This document shows positions 27,280 to 37,333 of a stretch of 52,256 nucleotides of DNA, one piece after another (the stretch's first letter is position 1; the number at the start of each line of letters is the position of its first letter). The DNA is from Candidatus Woesearchaeota archaeon. Its GTDB lineage: Archaea; Nanobdellota; Nanobdellia; Woesearchaeales; GW2011-AR9. The position numbers and the translations under genes are program-made. The DNA is taken from the NCBI GenBank assembly GCA_016185725.1, contig JACPNA010000020.1:1-52256 (forward strand). Reading direction: 5' to 3'. The notes beneath the pieces are model-generated. The model searched no databases. It was given only the letters and a program-made list of their open reading frames with translations, and was not told the origin of the DNA.

Positions 27280-28467
27280 TCAACTAATCAATTCTACTCT
27301 TAATTCGCGAACATCAAGGCTTCTCTTGGGTTTAATTTTAATGGCGTTATTTCCTTCTACAGCATAATTGCTCATATCATAAATGAAGGAAGTATCTTTG
27401 GTGTCAAAGGATTGGATGTTAGCGTTAATTAAAAACTCACCTTGTTTGGAGTCGGTAATGTCGACAAAGTTCAAGGTTAGACGAACTTTTTTGGTTTTAT
27501 CTTTAATGGTATTGAATTGTTCATGAGGGATATCAAAATAATATGTGGGGTAATCGATTTCTTTCAATTTTGTTTGTAATTTAGGATGGGTTAAAAGATA
27601 TGCTCCTTGTTCAATACTAAATGTAAGCGCGTTTTCTCCTGAAACTATAATCTCAGGAGCTATTTCTACTTCTAGAATAGTTTGACTGCAATCAGGGATA
27701 TTATTATAAATTTCATGGGTGTTTAATTTTATGGTTAATCGACCAACATCGTTAGACTGACATTCTGGATAAAGCTTGAGAATCATTTTTTCCATGTTCT
27801 TTTTTTCTGTATCAGAAACTAAAAAAACGTTCTTAGAATATTGTGTGTCTAAACTAGTAATATCACCCAATGTTTTGATATCTTCTAAAACCAATTCATT
27901 AGTGCGCCAAAAGGCTAATCCGGGCGAGGATAAACTAAATACTAAAAGATTGTCATCTTTTAAAGATGATTTTGACAAGGCAATTGGTTTAACATTTTTG
28001 GTATTAATAATACCATTATAGATTTCTTCGCTGTTCAAGGTAATTATAACTCTGCCCTGAGCATTTTTAGCCATGAAGGAAAGAAGAACATTGTCGGTTT
28101 GTCCTAAATTTTTTATTTTAAAGGAGAATTCGGCGGTTTTTTTAGAGAATAAGGAACGTTTGGCGTAGATGCTATTTTTTTCAGCAATAATCTTGCTTTC
28201 GGTTTTTGTGAAAATATTAATGTCTGATAAAGTATGTTCTAAATCTTTATTAGAAAAATAATCGATTCGCCCCGGAGAGGTTTTGAATAAAACTGCGCCG
28301 GTAACGGCTATATCACTTGTAGAAGTTATAGTGGTTTTACTTTCTCCTAATAATTGAGCTCGTTCGGCAGGGGGCATGAGAACTATAAACATAATAATCA
28401 ATCCCGCAACTATGGCCAGCAATACAGCAGCGGCAGCAGCTTGACCTCTTTTAGTACTAAGCACCAT
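27280..28467 (-). CDS. Exported protein with class III (type IV pilin-like) signal peptide
   Basis: KRG|Q followed directly by a hydrophobic helix; beta-rich body. Confidence 0.65.
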   Translation of the reverse strand: MVLSTKRGQAAAAAVLLAIVAGLIIMFIVLMPPAERAQLLGESKTTITSTSDIAVTGAVLFKTSPGRIDYFSNKDLEHTLSDINIFTKTESKIIAEKNSIYAKRSLFSKKTAEFSFKIKNLGQTDNVLLSFMAKNAQGRVIITLNSEEIYNGIINTKNVKPIALSKSSLKDDNLLVFSLSSPGLAFWRTNELVLEDIKTLGDITSLDTQYSKNVFLVSDTEKKNMEKMILKLYPECQSNDVGRLTIKLNTHEIYNNIPDCSQTILEVEIAPEIIVSGENALTFSIEQGAYLLTHPKLQTKLKEIDYPTYYFDIPHEQFNTIKDKTKKVRLTLNFVDITDSKQGEFLINANIQSFDTKDTSFIYDMSNYAVEGNNAIKIKPKRSLDVRELRVELIS

Positions 28468-28606
28468 ACAAGGAAAAAAACTTTTGATATATATAAACTA
28501 TTCTGTTTCAGAGAAACTAAGTGAAGAAATGAGAGAAATTAAGGTTGAGGTAATAATTGGTAATAATTAGGATATTTGTTGCACAGAATCAGCTTTTAAT
28601 GGTATA

Positions 28607-28750
28607 TTATAACTTATCAATCTTTTTTTTAAGAATATTTAATTCGTGATTAATCCGATTCATGGAAGGAGTTGTCCCACTAATAAATTTATCAAAGCCT
28701 TGCAACAATTCATTGACATTTTTATTGTTAAAATTATCTTTTCTGGACAT
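28607..28750 (-). CDS. Possible 47-aa protein
   Basis: Hand translation MSRKDNFNNKNVNELLQGFDKFISGTTPSMNRINHELNILKKKIDKL, co-oriented after 28777-29052. Confidence 0.35.
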   Translation of the reverse strand: MSRKDNFNNKNVNELLQGFDKFISGTTPSMNRINHELNILKKKIDKL

Positions 28751-28776
28751 TTTAGATTAAATTATTTTAAAACTAT

Positions 28777-29052
28777 TTAACTTTTTCTATTTTTTTCTAT
28801 ATTCTCTGTTAATATTTTTCTTTCAGAGTTTATATTCTCAAAATCATTTTTTAATTTTGAATATGATAAATTGAATTCTTCTTTTTGTTTATCCATTAAA
28901 ATTTCAAATCCGACAGCATAAATGGCGGGCAGTGTGACTATTTGCAAAAATATAAATAGTTCTTTATAGGTAGGGGATATATAAACAAAAGAACCAAGAA
29001 ATAGAGAGTAGGATAAAGCCATCAAAATTAAGAATAATTTACTTTTATTCAT
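28777..29052 (-). CDS. Small membrane protein
   Basis: Two TMs plus coiled tail. Confidence 0.6.
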   Translation of the reverse strand: MNKSKLFLILMALSYSLFLGSFVYISPTYKELFIFLQIVTLPAIYAVGFEILMDKQKEEFNLSYSKLKNDFENINSERKILTENIEKNRKS

Positions 29053-29241
29053 GATTTAAGAAATTTATACGGGCACTTATTAAATAATTATGGTGAAGAA
29101 AAAATACTTTTTAAAAGATATGTTCTAAAATCTGCCTGAATTCTTTATTTATAGATACAAATTATTTTTACACGTGATTAATTATCAAATAAAACATAAA
29201 TCAACCCAAAGTTTTTATACTTCTGATACATTTTCTTTTTT

Positions 29242-30297
29242 ATGCAGATTATACACGAAGATTTGAAAAAAGGAATATTAACAGTAAAAGTAACTGATCA
29301 AGAAGATTTGTGGTATTTAAGCACGATTATAGAACCGCATGATTTCATTACTGGTAAGACGACGCGAAAGGTTAAAATAGGGGATGCGGAAAATGCTAAA
29401 GTGGTTAAAAAAACGTATACGCTCAAAATTGAAGCGGAAAAAATCGAGTTTAGTTCTAATGCAGATATGCTACGAGTAAATGGGAAAGTGCTGTTGCCGA
29501 TTGAAGATATACCTAAAGGCAGTTATCATACTATTTCTTTAGAGGTTAATGAAGAATTTACATTAGAAAAAAAACAGTGGTTAGATTATCAATTGCAAAA
29601 ATTAGAAGAAGCAACAGAGAAAAAATATAATTATCTTATTTGTCTTTTTGATAGAGAAGAAGTGTTGTTAGCACTAACAAAAAAATCTTCTTATGAGGTG
29701 GTTCTGAAGCTGAAGGGGGATGTACCCAAGAAAAGCCAAAATGTGGAAATTAAAAAGGATTTTCAAGAAGAGATTATTGCATTGCTTAAATCTTATTATG
29801 AACGATTTAATCCGGAAAAAATTATTTTAGCTTCGCCGGCATTTTATAAGGAGGATTTATTGAAAAAGATTGCTGAGCAAGATCTTAAGAAAAAAATTGT
29901 TTTAGCAACTTGTTCGGATGTAACGGAAAGCAATTTGACAGAGGTGATGGCTAGTCCAGAATTGAATGCGATATTGAAGATGAGCAGGTCAAGAGAAGAA
30001 CAGATTATTGTAGAAGAATTATTAAAAGAGATAAGCAGGGAGGGAACGGCAGTTTATGGATATGAAGAGGTCAAGAAAAAAGTTGAAGAGGGAGCGATTA
30101 AAATATTGTTAATCACAGATACATTTATTCAAAAGGCGCGTAATGCGGAGAATTATGATGAGTTGGATAAACTAATTAAAAAAGTTTATTCTAGGCACGG
30201 CAAGATGAACATTATTTCCGAGGGGGTAGATGCAGGTAAAAAGCTGAAAGGATTAGGGGGAATTGCAGCGTTATTGAAATATAAAATGTGGACGTAA
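29242..30297 (+). CDS. pelA: mRNA surveillance protein pelota
   Basis: EDLWYL, TTRKVK, LRVNG, GSYHT, GKKLKGLGGIAALL. Confidence 0.95.
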   Translation: MQIIHEDLKKGILTVKVTDQEDLWYLSTIIEPHDFITGKTTRKVKIGDAENAKVVKKTYTLKIEAEKIEFSSNADMLRVNGKVLLPIEDIPKGSYHTISLEVNEEFTLEKKQWLDYQLQKLEEATEKKYNYLICLFDREEVLLALTKKSSYEVVLKLKGDVPKKSQNVEIKKDFQEEIIALLKSYYERFNPEKIILASPAFYKEDLLKKIAEQDLKKKIVLATCSDVTESNLTEVMASPELNAILKMSRSREEQIIVEELLKEISREGTAVYGYEEVKKKVEEGAIKILLITDTFIQKARNAENYDELDKLIKKVYSRHGKMNIISEGVDAGKKLKGLGGIAALLKYKMWT

Positions 30298-30368
30298 AAA
30301 GAAAGAGTAATATAAAACATATACTTTTGGCGTACAGTCAAGAAAAACCTTTTTAAAAAGCATATTTT

Positions 30369-30404
30369 AGTGAGCAAAATGATCAATAAATCGTTTTGCT
30401 TACT
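30369..30404. promoter_or_regulatory. 15-bp imperfect inverted repeat upstream of the TrmB gene
   Basis: AGTGAGCAAAATGAT-CAATAA-ATCGTTTTGCTTACT just after a TTTTAAAA box. Confidence 0.5.
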
Positions 30405-30560
30405 CAACAATAAATGTAATTATCTAATAGTATCTAATACTAATTATCGGTTGCATTTACTATTTTGGAAAACCACAACCTTTTAATAGTAGTTGTATTT
30501 ACTTATAACCAAGTAACAAAAACTAATTTATATTGAAGAAAAAGAGGGGAGGTTTTGAAA

Positions 30561-31364
30561 ATGATCGTAAAAGATGATTTATTGGTGAAGTTAAGAAGAT
30601 ATTTTGATTTGAACTTGTATGAAGTAAAGTTATGGGCGGCACTATTAAGCCGAGGAGTTTCTACGGCAGGAGAACTTTCAGATATTGCTGACGTTCCACG
30701 TTCTAGAAGTTATGATGTACTAGAATCTTTAGAGAAAAAAGGATTTGTAGTTATGAAGTTAGGCAAACCAATCAAGTATATTGCCATTCCGCCCAGTGAA
30801 GTTGTAGACAGAGTTAAGAAAAATATGCATGTGGAATCACAAGAGAAAATCAAGCGGTTAGAAACGGTCAAAGGTTCGCCGTTATTGACAGAGTTAGAAA
30901 ATTTACATACCAATGGTATTGCTTTAGTTGATCCTTCAGAGATGAGCGGTTGTTTACGGGGAAGAAATAATTTGTATAACCATTTAGATTTGTTAATCAA
31001 AGAAGCTAAGAAGAGTGTTAATATTATGACTACAGAAAAAGGTTTTATGCGCAAAGCTGAAGGGTTAAGAGCTAGTTTGGAAAAAGCAAAGAAGAAGGGA
31101 GTAAGAATTAGAATTTCGGCACCCATTACCAAAGATAATCGTAAGTTTGCAGATTCATTAAAGGGTTTAGTAGAAATTAAACATAATGATAAAGTAAATT
31201 CAAGGTTTGTTACAGTAGATGGCAAGGATATGGTATTTATGACTTTAGATGATAAAGAGGTACATCCTTCGTATGATATGGGGGTATGGGTAAAGACGCC
31301 TTATTTCACTAATGCGATGGATGACATGTTTGACCATGTTTGGGATGCGAGTAAATCAAGTTAG
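30561..31364 (+). CDS. TrmB-family transcriptional regulator
   Basis: LNLYEVK..ELSDIADVPRSRSYDVLESLEKKG wHTH plus effector domain; GGAGG RBS. Confidence 0.92.
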   Translation: MIVKDDLLVKLRRYFDLNLYEVKLWAALLSRGVSTAGELSDIADVPRSRSYDVLESLEKKGFVVMKLGKPIKYIAIPPSEVVDRVKKNMHVESQEKIKRLETVKGSPLLTELENLHTNGIALVDPSEMSGCLRGRNNLYNHLDLLIKEAKKSVNIMTTEKGFMRKAEGLRASLEKAKKKGVRIRISAPITKDNRKFADSLKGLVEIKHNDKVNSRFVTVDGKDMVFMTLDDKEVHPSYDMGVWVKTPYFTNAMDDMFDHVWDASKSS

Positions 31365-31431
31365 ATTTTTTTATTTTCATTATTTTTTCTATAAGTTAAT
31401 TTTATAAAGATAATGTCAATACCTATAAAGT

Positions 31432-32930
31432 ATGGATCCTGGGCTTATTGCGAAATTGCATCCGTTAGAACGGAAGGTTTTGCCGACTTTGAAAATATAT
31501 AATGAATTAAGCAAGATAGTTTTAGAATCAGGATTGCGGGAAGTGGAAGTTCTGCGAGCATTGCAATGGTTAGAGAATAAAGATGTTCTTAAAATAAATT
31601 CTGTGAAAAAGAATTTAGTGTTATTAGATAATAATGGGTTGAAATATAAAAAAAATGGTCTGCCAGAAAGAGCGTTTCTGAAGGTTTTAACCGAGAGTTT
31701 TCAAAGTGCGGAAATCTTAGCTAAGAAAGCGAATTTGTCTAATGATGAGTTAAGTGTTTGTTTAGGACGGCTTAAACGGAAAGTAGCAATTGAGATTATT
31801 AAAGATAAAGAGTTAATGGTTAAATTAACTGGTCAAGGTAAGAAGCTGCAACAAGAAGTAACTTTAGAAGAGAAATTTTTACAAAAGGAATTTCCGTTAG
31901 AATTGGAAGCTATAAAAGATGCGGATAAGTTTGCGTTTGATGAATTACGTAAAAGAAAAGAAATTATTAAGATTGAGGAAAAGAAATTTGTGACGATTAC
32001 TCTGATGGAATTAGGGTATAAGTTAGTGCATATGAATATTAAAGAAGATGTAGTTAATCGGTTGACTAAAGAGATGATTAAAACCGGGAGTTGGAAACAG
32101 AAAGATTTCCGGGCGTATGATGTGGAAATTAATGTGCCGAAGATAACGGCGGGGAAAAAACATTTTGATAATCAAGCGTTAGAATATATCAAAGATTTAA
32201 AGAGATATCAGGAAATTTTGTGCAATCGGCATTTTGGGATTTAGATGCGTTATTTGTACCCCAAGATCATCCAGCAAGGGAAATGCAGGATACATTTTAT
32301 CTGGAAGGCAAAGCGAAGTTGCCTACACTATGGGAGAAAATTAAAGAAACGCATGAGAATGGCGGGGATACAAAAAGTACAGGATGGAAATATAAATTTT
32401 CTAAAGAAGAAGCAGAAAAGGTTTTACTACGAACGCATATGACGGTATTATCCGCACGAAAGCTTGCACAATTAAAAAAGGAAGATTTGCCGGTGAAATT
32501 ATTTGCGGTTAATCGGGTATTTAGAAATGAAGCATTGGATTGGAAACATTTATTTGAATTTTATCAGGTGGAAGGGATTGTTGTTGATCCTCGGGCTAAT
32601 CTGCAGCATCTTAAGGGGTATCTACGCGAGTTTTATTTGAAGATGGGCTATACTGATGTGAAAATGACGCCGTCGCATTTTCCTTATACTGAACCGAGCT
32701 TAGAAGTTTCTGTGTTTCATCCAGTTAAGAAAGAATGGGTAGAGTTAGGAGGAGCAGGAATTTTCCGACCAGAAGTGGTTGTGCCGTTATTAGGATTTGA
32801 TTGTCCAGTACTAGCTTGGGGTCAGGGAATGGGAAGAATTATCGGAGAATATTGGAAATTGCAGGATATCCGAGATTTGTATAAGAATGATTTGAAACAA
32901 TTGCGAGAAATTAAAATGTGGATGAAATAA
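31432..32930 (+). CDS. pheS: Phenylalanine--tRNA ligase alpha subunit, split by a frameshift near 32193
   Basis: Frame 1 runs to GKKHFDNQALEYIK; the -1 frame gives FKEISGNFVQSAFWDLDALFVPQDHPAR..FPYTEPS..ELGGAG; upstream of pheT. Confidence 0.93.
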
Positions 32931-32931
32931 A

Positions 32932-34575
32932 ATGCCAACGATAACCTTAAACAAAACAGTATTTGAACGTTTAGTAGGTAAGAAGCTATCGTTAGAGCAG
33001 TTGAAGAATAGGATTAGTATGTTAGGTACGGGGTTGGAGAAAATTGAAGATAATGAAATTCAGGTGGAAATATTTCCTAATCGTCCGGACTTGTTGTCAG
33101 AGCAGGGATTAGCTAGAGCTTTTAGTTCATTTATCGGTGTGAAAAAAGGATTACGGAAGTATGAGGTTAAAAAATCGGGATTAAAAGTGGTGGTTGATTC
33201 ATCCGTTTCTATGCGCCCATATACGGCTTGCGCTATCGTGAAAAAACTTTCTTTTAATGATGAAAAAATCAGGGAAATTATGCAAGCCCAAGAAAAATTA
33301 GCTACTACGCATGGCCGGAATAGAAAAAAGTCAGCGTATGGAATATATCCTGCAAAAGAAATTGTATTTCCGATACATTATATTGCTAAGGATGCGGCTA
33401 AAGTATATTTCAGACCGTTAGGGTTTGATAGGGAAATATCGGCAGCGCAAGTGGAGGAACTTCATCCTAAAGGAAAAGAGTATAAGGATATTGCTAAAGG
33501 GTGGAGTAAATATCCTTTTTTTAGGGATAATTCTGGAAAAATAATGTCCATGCTCCCCTATATTAACTCGCATGATATGGGAAAGGTGGATGAAGGCACC
33601 AAAGAAGTATTTATTGAATGCACTGGTACAGATTTACAGAACGTGCTGGTTGCTTTAAATATTTTTGCCGCCATGTTTGCGGATATGGGAGGAGATATTT
33701 ACAGTGTTGATGTTGTTTATCATAATAAAACTATCACGACACCTAATTTAACGCCAAGAAAAATGAAGTTGGATTTGAAGTATATCAATCAACGATTGGG
33801 ATTGAATCTTAAAGATAAGGAAGCTAAAGAATTATTGGGACGGATGGGTTATGGCGCAGGAAAATCTGAAGTGTTGGTTCCAGCATATCGAGTGGATGTG
33901 CTGCATCAAGTGGATTTGGCAGAGGATATAGCAATAGCGTATGGTTATGAACATTTTCCGGAAATTATTCCGAAAGTGGCGACGGTTGGTGAGGAGTTGC
34001 CTTTAGAAAAATTCATGGTTAAGATAAGAGAGATATTGATTGGGGTAGGATTAATCGAGGTCAAAAATTATCATTTGATTACGGCTTTAGAATTGAATGA
34101 GAAGATGAATCTTAAAGAGAAACTTATTCCGCTGAAGAATGCGTTAGGAGATTACAATCATTTGCGGAATGCAATCATTCCGAGTTTGTTGAAGACTCTT
34201 ATGGAAAATCAGCATAACGAGTATCCGCAGAATATTTTTGAAATGGGAAGAACGTTCTTTTTAGATGAGAGAGAAGAGACGGGAGTTAAAGAGATAGAGA
34301 AGTTAGCGATGGCGGTTTGTCATGAGAAGGCTGATTTTACGGAACTTAAACAAATGTTGGATTTGTTGATTTCTACGTTAGGTTGGGAATATAAAGTGAA
34401 GGAATGCGTACTGCCTAGTTATATTCCAGGTAGAGTGGGGAAGATAGTTTGTCAAGGTGTAGAGATAGGGTGTATTGGAGAATTGCATCCACAAGTGTTA
34501 GAGAATTGGAATTTAATGATGCCGACTATTGTATTGGAGTTGGATGTGGAGAAGTTGTTTAGGTTGGTTAAATAA
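32932..34575 (+). CDS. pheT: Phenylalanine--tRNA ligase beta subunit
   Basis: PNRPDLLS, QEKL..GRNRKK, YRVDVLHQVDLAEDIAIAYGY, GELHP. Confidence 0.96.
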   Translation: MPTITLNKTVFERLVGKKLSLEQLKNRISMLGTGLEKIEDNEIQVEIFPNRPDLLSEQGLARAFSSFIGVKKGLRKYEVKKSGLKVVVDSSVSMRPYTACAIVKKLSFNDEKIREIMQAQEKLATTHGRNRKKSAYGIYPAKEIVFPIHYIAKDAAKVYFRPLGFDREISAAQVEELHPKGKEYKDIAKGWSKYPFFRDNSGKIMSMLPYINSHDMGKVDEGTKEVFIECTGTDLQNVLVALNIFAAMFADMGGDIYSVDVVYHNKTITTPNLTPRKMKLDLKYINQRLGLNLKDKEAKELLGRMGYGAGKSEVLVPAYRVDVLHQVDLAEDIAIAYGYEHFPEIIPKVATVGEELPLEKFMVKIREILIGVGLIEVKNYHLITALELNEKMNLKEKLIPLKNALGDYNHLRNAIIPSLLKTLMENQHNEYPQNIFEMGRTFFLDEREETGVKEIEKLAMAVCHEKADFTELKQMLDLLISTLGWEYKVKECVLPSYIPGRVGKIVCQGVEIGCIGELHPQVLENWNLMMPTIVLELDVEKLFRLVK

Positions 34576-34600
34576 AAATAAATAAGAGAATAATAAAAAA

Positions 34601-34987
34601 TTATTCTTCTTTTTTCTTAGATGTTTTCTTGACGGCTTTTTCTGGGATGGATTTAGTTTCTTTTGCTTTAGCAGTTGTGGGTGTTGCTTCTTTTCCTTGG
34701 CCTTTTCTTATGGCTTTAGGTTTGTCAGCAACTTTTTTTGATTCTTTATCCCAAATGGTCCAGCTTTTTTTAGCAAAGAAGGCTTTCACTGTTTCAGTAG
34801 ATGCTTTTTCTTTGATGTCAAGAATTTCTTCTAATGGTTCGAGATGACGAATGTTCACTTTTTTTCTTCTAACATCGCCATCAACAAGAACGTAATGGTT
34901 ATCCAATTCTTCAACAATAACACACTTTCTACCAGCATCGCGACCAGCAAGCTTAACGCAAATCCGTCCTACTTCGAAGATACTCAT
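34601..34987 (-). CDS. rpl14e: 50S ribosomal protein L14e
   Basis: GRICVKLAGRDAG..RRKKVNIRHLEP. Confidence 0.95.
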   Translation of the reverse strand: MSIFEVGRICVKLAGRDAGRKCVIVEELDNHYVLVDGDVRRKKVNIRHLEPLEEILDIKEKASTETVKAFFAKKSWTIWDKESKKVADKPKAIRKGQGKEATPTTAKAKETKSIPEKAVKKTSKKKEE

Positions 34988-35256
34988 TGTACTCCCCTCG
35001 CTTTACGTTGTAACAATAATCTCGTGCATGCAGAACATAATACTCCGCCGAATGGTCGTTCGGGACGTTTGGCGGTTTTGTTCAGGGTACGCATGATGTG
35101 CGGTCGTTCTCTGGGGACACCAGCCAATTGTTTTGCGCAAACAGCACATTTAGCTTTAGCTGGTTTGCGTTTACGGTATTGTAATTTTACAGCTCCGCCG
35201 GGAACTTTTACAAATACTCTTCTTAAAGTTCTGGATTTATATCTTCCTCTGGGCAT
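34984..35256 (-). CDS. rpl34e: 50S ribosomal protein L34e
   Basis: KVPGG, CAVC, KRPERPFGGVLCSAC. Confidence 0.96.
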   Translation of the reverse strand: MPRGRYKSRTLRRVFVKVPGGAVKLQYRKRKPAKAKCAVCAKQLAGVPRERPHIMRTLNKTAKRPERPFGGVLCSACTRLLLQRKARGVQ

Positions 35257-35585
35257 ATTTATCTCTCCTATTCAATTTAATTTTACGGAACGATTAAGGA
35301 TCAGAATTATTTCTTCTGATCTGAGTCGCCTCCAGATCTATCTCAATTATGAGGTGTAGTTTAATATTCTAACGTTTATTTATAAAGATTTCTGGAGAAA
35401 AAATCTTTTTTTCTTAAAAGGAAGCAATTCTTATTTTTTGCACTGCAAAATAAATATGCCCAGATATAAAGATAATCATTTGCTTTATTTTTATATCCAA
35501 AAAAATTGCTTTATTTTAGTTAATGACTAGGGTAATATTATTCTTAACATAACTTTTAAATATATTGCAGTATTATAATAAGAGC

Positions 35586-36488
35586 ATGGATAAAGAGATA
35601 TTGGGTTCTTATATTAAAGCGGGTAAAGTTGCCGCACAAGTGAGAAAGGAAGGTTTGAAAAAATTAGCTATTCCGGATACTTCTTTTTTAGAAGTAATGG
35701 ATTATTGCGAGAAACGTATTATAGAATTGAAAGGACAAATTGCCTGGGCGCAATTGGCGGTGAATGAGGTGGCGGCGCATTATTGTCCGGAAGAGGATGA
35801 TACTTCAGTAAGCAAGGAAGGGCAATTAATCAAAATTGATGTTGGCGTGCATATCAATGGATATATTGCCGATACGGCGGCGACAGTAGAGGTGGGTTCT
35901 TCGAAACAATATAAAGATTATATTACAGCGGCACAAAACGCACTGAAAGCGGCGATGAAATTGGCAAGACCGGGAACGCCGTTGTATCAATTGGGCGAAG
36001 CACAAATTTCAGAGGCAGAAGCGTTGGGGTTTACGACGGTAAAAAATCTTTCTGGACATACGTTAAATCAATATAAAGTACATGGGGGGACTTCCATTCC
36101 AGCGTATAATAATAAAGATAAAAGGGAGTTACAAGATAATGAAGTCATTGCCATTGAACCGTTTGTAACGAATGGCACGGGATTAATCAAGGAAAGAAAT
36201 CCTGCGACAATTTTTATGGTGGAGCAACTACGGTCATCCCGTTCATTATACGGCAAAAAAATATTGGAATCTGTAAAATCACAAAATGGCTTACCGTTTA
36301 CAACCAGATGGTTGACAAGAACATTGGGGAAAACTCCTACGTTATTAGGATTAAAACAATTACAACAAGAGAGGATAATCCAAGCTTATCCGCCGTTAGT
36401 GGAAGTTTCAAAGGGGATGGTGGCACAGTTTGAGAATTCTATGATTGTGAAGGATACGCCGATTGTTTATACGAAAGAAGAGGATTAG
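35586..36488 (+). CDS. map: Type II methionine aminopeptidase
   Basis: AAHY, KIDVGVHINGYIADTA, LSGH, AIEPF, AQFE. Confidence 0.95.
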   Translation: MDKEILGSYIKAGKVAAQVRKEGLKKLAIPDTSFLEVMDYCEKRIIELKGQIAWAQLAVNEVAAHYCPEEDDTSVSKEGQLIKIDVGVHINGYIADTAATVEVGSSKQYKDYITAAQNALKAAMKLARPGTPLYQLGEAQISEAEALGFTTVKNLSGHTLNQYKVHGGTSIPAYNNKDKRELQDNEVIAIEPFVTNGTGLIKERNPATIFMVEQLRSSRSLYGKKILESVKSQNGLPFTTRWLTRTLGKTPTLLGLKQLQQERIIQAYPPLVEVSKGMVAQFENSMIVKDTPIVYTKEED

Positions 36489-37133
36489 TTAAGGGTTATT
36501 TTTCTTTTCTTGTTTATGTTTGATTAATTCTATAATCAAAGGAATAAATGAAGCGATGATGATAATGATTATAAATACAGAAAAGTTATCTTTTACTATA
36601 GGTAAATTGCCAAAGAAAAATCCAGTCCATAAGAAAGTACTGACCCAGAGAAAACCGCCAAAGATGTTAAAAGTCAAGAATTCTTTATAATTCATTTTAC
36701 CAATTCCAGCGACAAAGGGGGCGAAGGTTCTTACGATAGGAACAAATCTTGCTAAAATGATAGTTTTCTTTCCGTGTTTAGCGTAAAATTCTTTGGTTTT
36801 TTCCATGTATTCTGGTTTGAATAATTTCATTCCGGAAAAGAATTTTTCTCCTAATTTATTGCCAATCCAATAATTTACGGAATCGCCAAGTATGGCGGCA
36901 AATAAAAGGGAAAGCCAAATGATAAAAATATTCAAATATTTTTGAGCGGAAAAAGCCCCGATAGTAAATAGTAAAGAATCCCCAGGTAAGAATGGTGTTA
37001 AAACAAAACCGGTTTCAGCAAAAATAACCAAGAATAATAAAATATAAGTTAAAATACCATATTGAGCAATGATTGTGCCGAGATATTTATCTACATGTAA
37101 GATAAGATCGACTAACTTGCTCAAATTTACCAT
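36489..37133 (-). CDS. DedA family membrane protein
   Basis: FAETG..FLPGDSLLF, GDSVNYWIG, ARFVPIVRTFAPFVAG. Confidence 0.93.
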   Translation of the reverse strand: MVNLSKLVDLILHVDKYLGTIIAQYGILTYILLFLVIFAETGFVLTPFLPGDSLLFTIGAFSAQKYLNIFIIWLSLLFAAILGDSVNYWIGNKLGEKFFSGMKLFKPEYMEKTKEFYAKHGKKTIILARFVPIVRTFAPFVAGIGKMNYKEFLTFNIFGGFLWVSTFLWTGFFFGNLPIVKDNFSVFIIIIIIASFIPLIIELIKHKQEKKNNP

Positions 37134-37165
37134 AATTATTTGATAATTAGGTTTCTTTAATAAGA

Positions 37166-37333
37166 TTATGGTTTATTAAATTTGGGAATAACAAAAAAAG
37201 CTATTAAGGCTACAATTAAAATTATCAGCCAAAAAACTAACCCATTGATCGTTTTAAGGGCAAAAAGAATCATGTTAGCTAATAAGATTATGACAAAAAT
37301 TATTCCAAATGTTTTTAATGTTTTAGAATTCAT
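37166..37333 (-). CDS. 55-aa two-TM protein overlapping the hisS stop (ATGA), below the ORF-track cutoff
   Basis: Hand translation MNSKTLKTFGIIFVIILLANMILFALKTINGLVFWLIILIVALIAFFVIPKFNKP. Confidence 0.65.
   Translation of the reverse strand: MNSKTLKTFGIIFVIILLANMILFALKTINGLVFWLIILIVALIAFFVIPKFNKP

Noticed and set aside
30710..31225. Antisense ORFs inside conserved genes (e.g. 30710-31225, 25908-26318, 38351-38764, 34844-35359)
   Set aside because: Shadow frames of confidently identified genes with no motifs of their own
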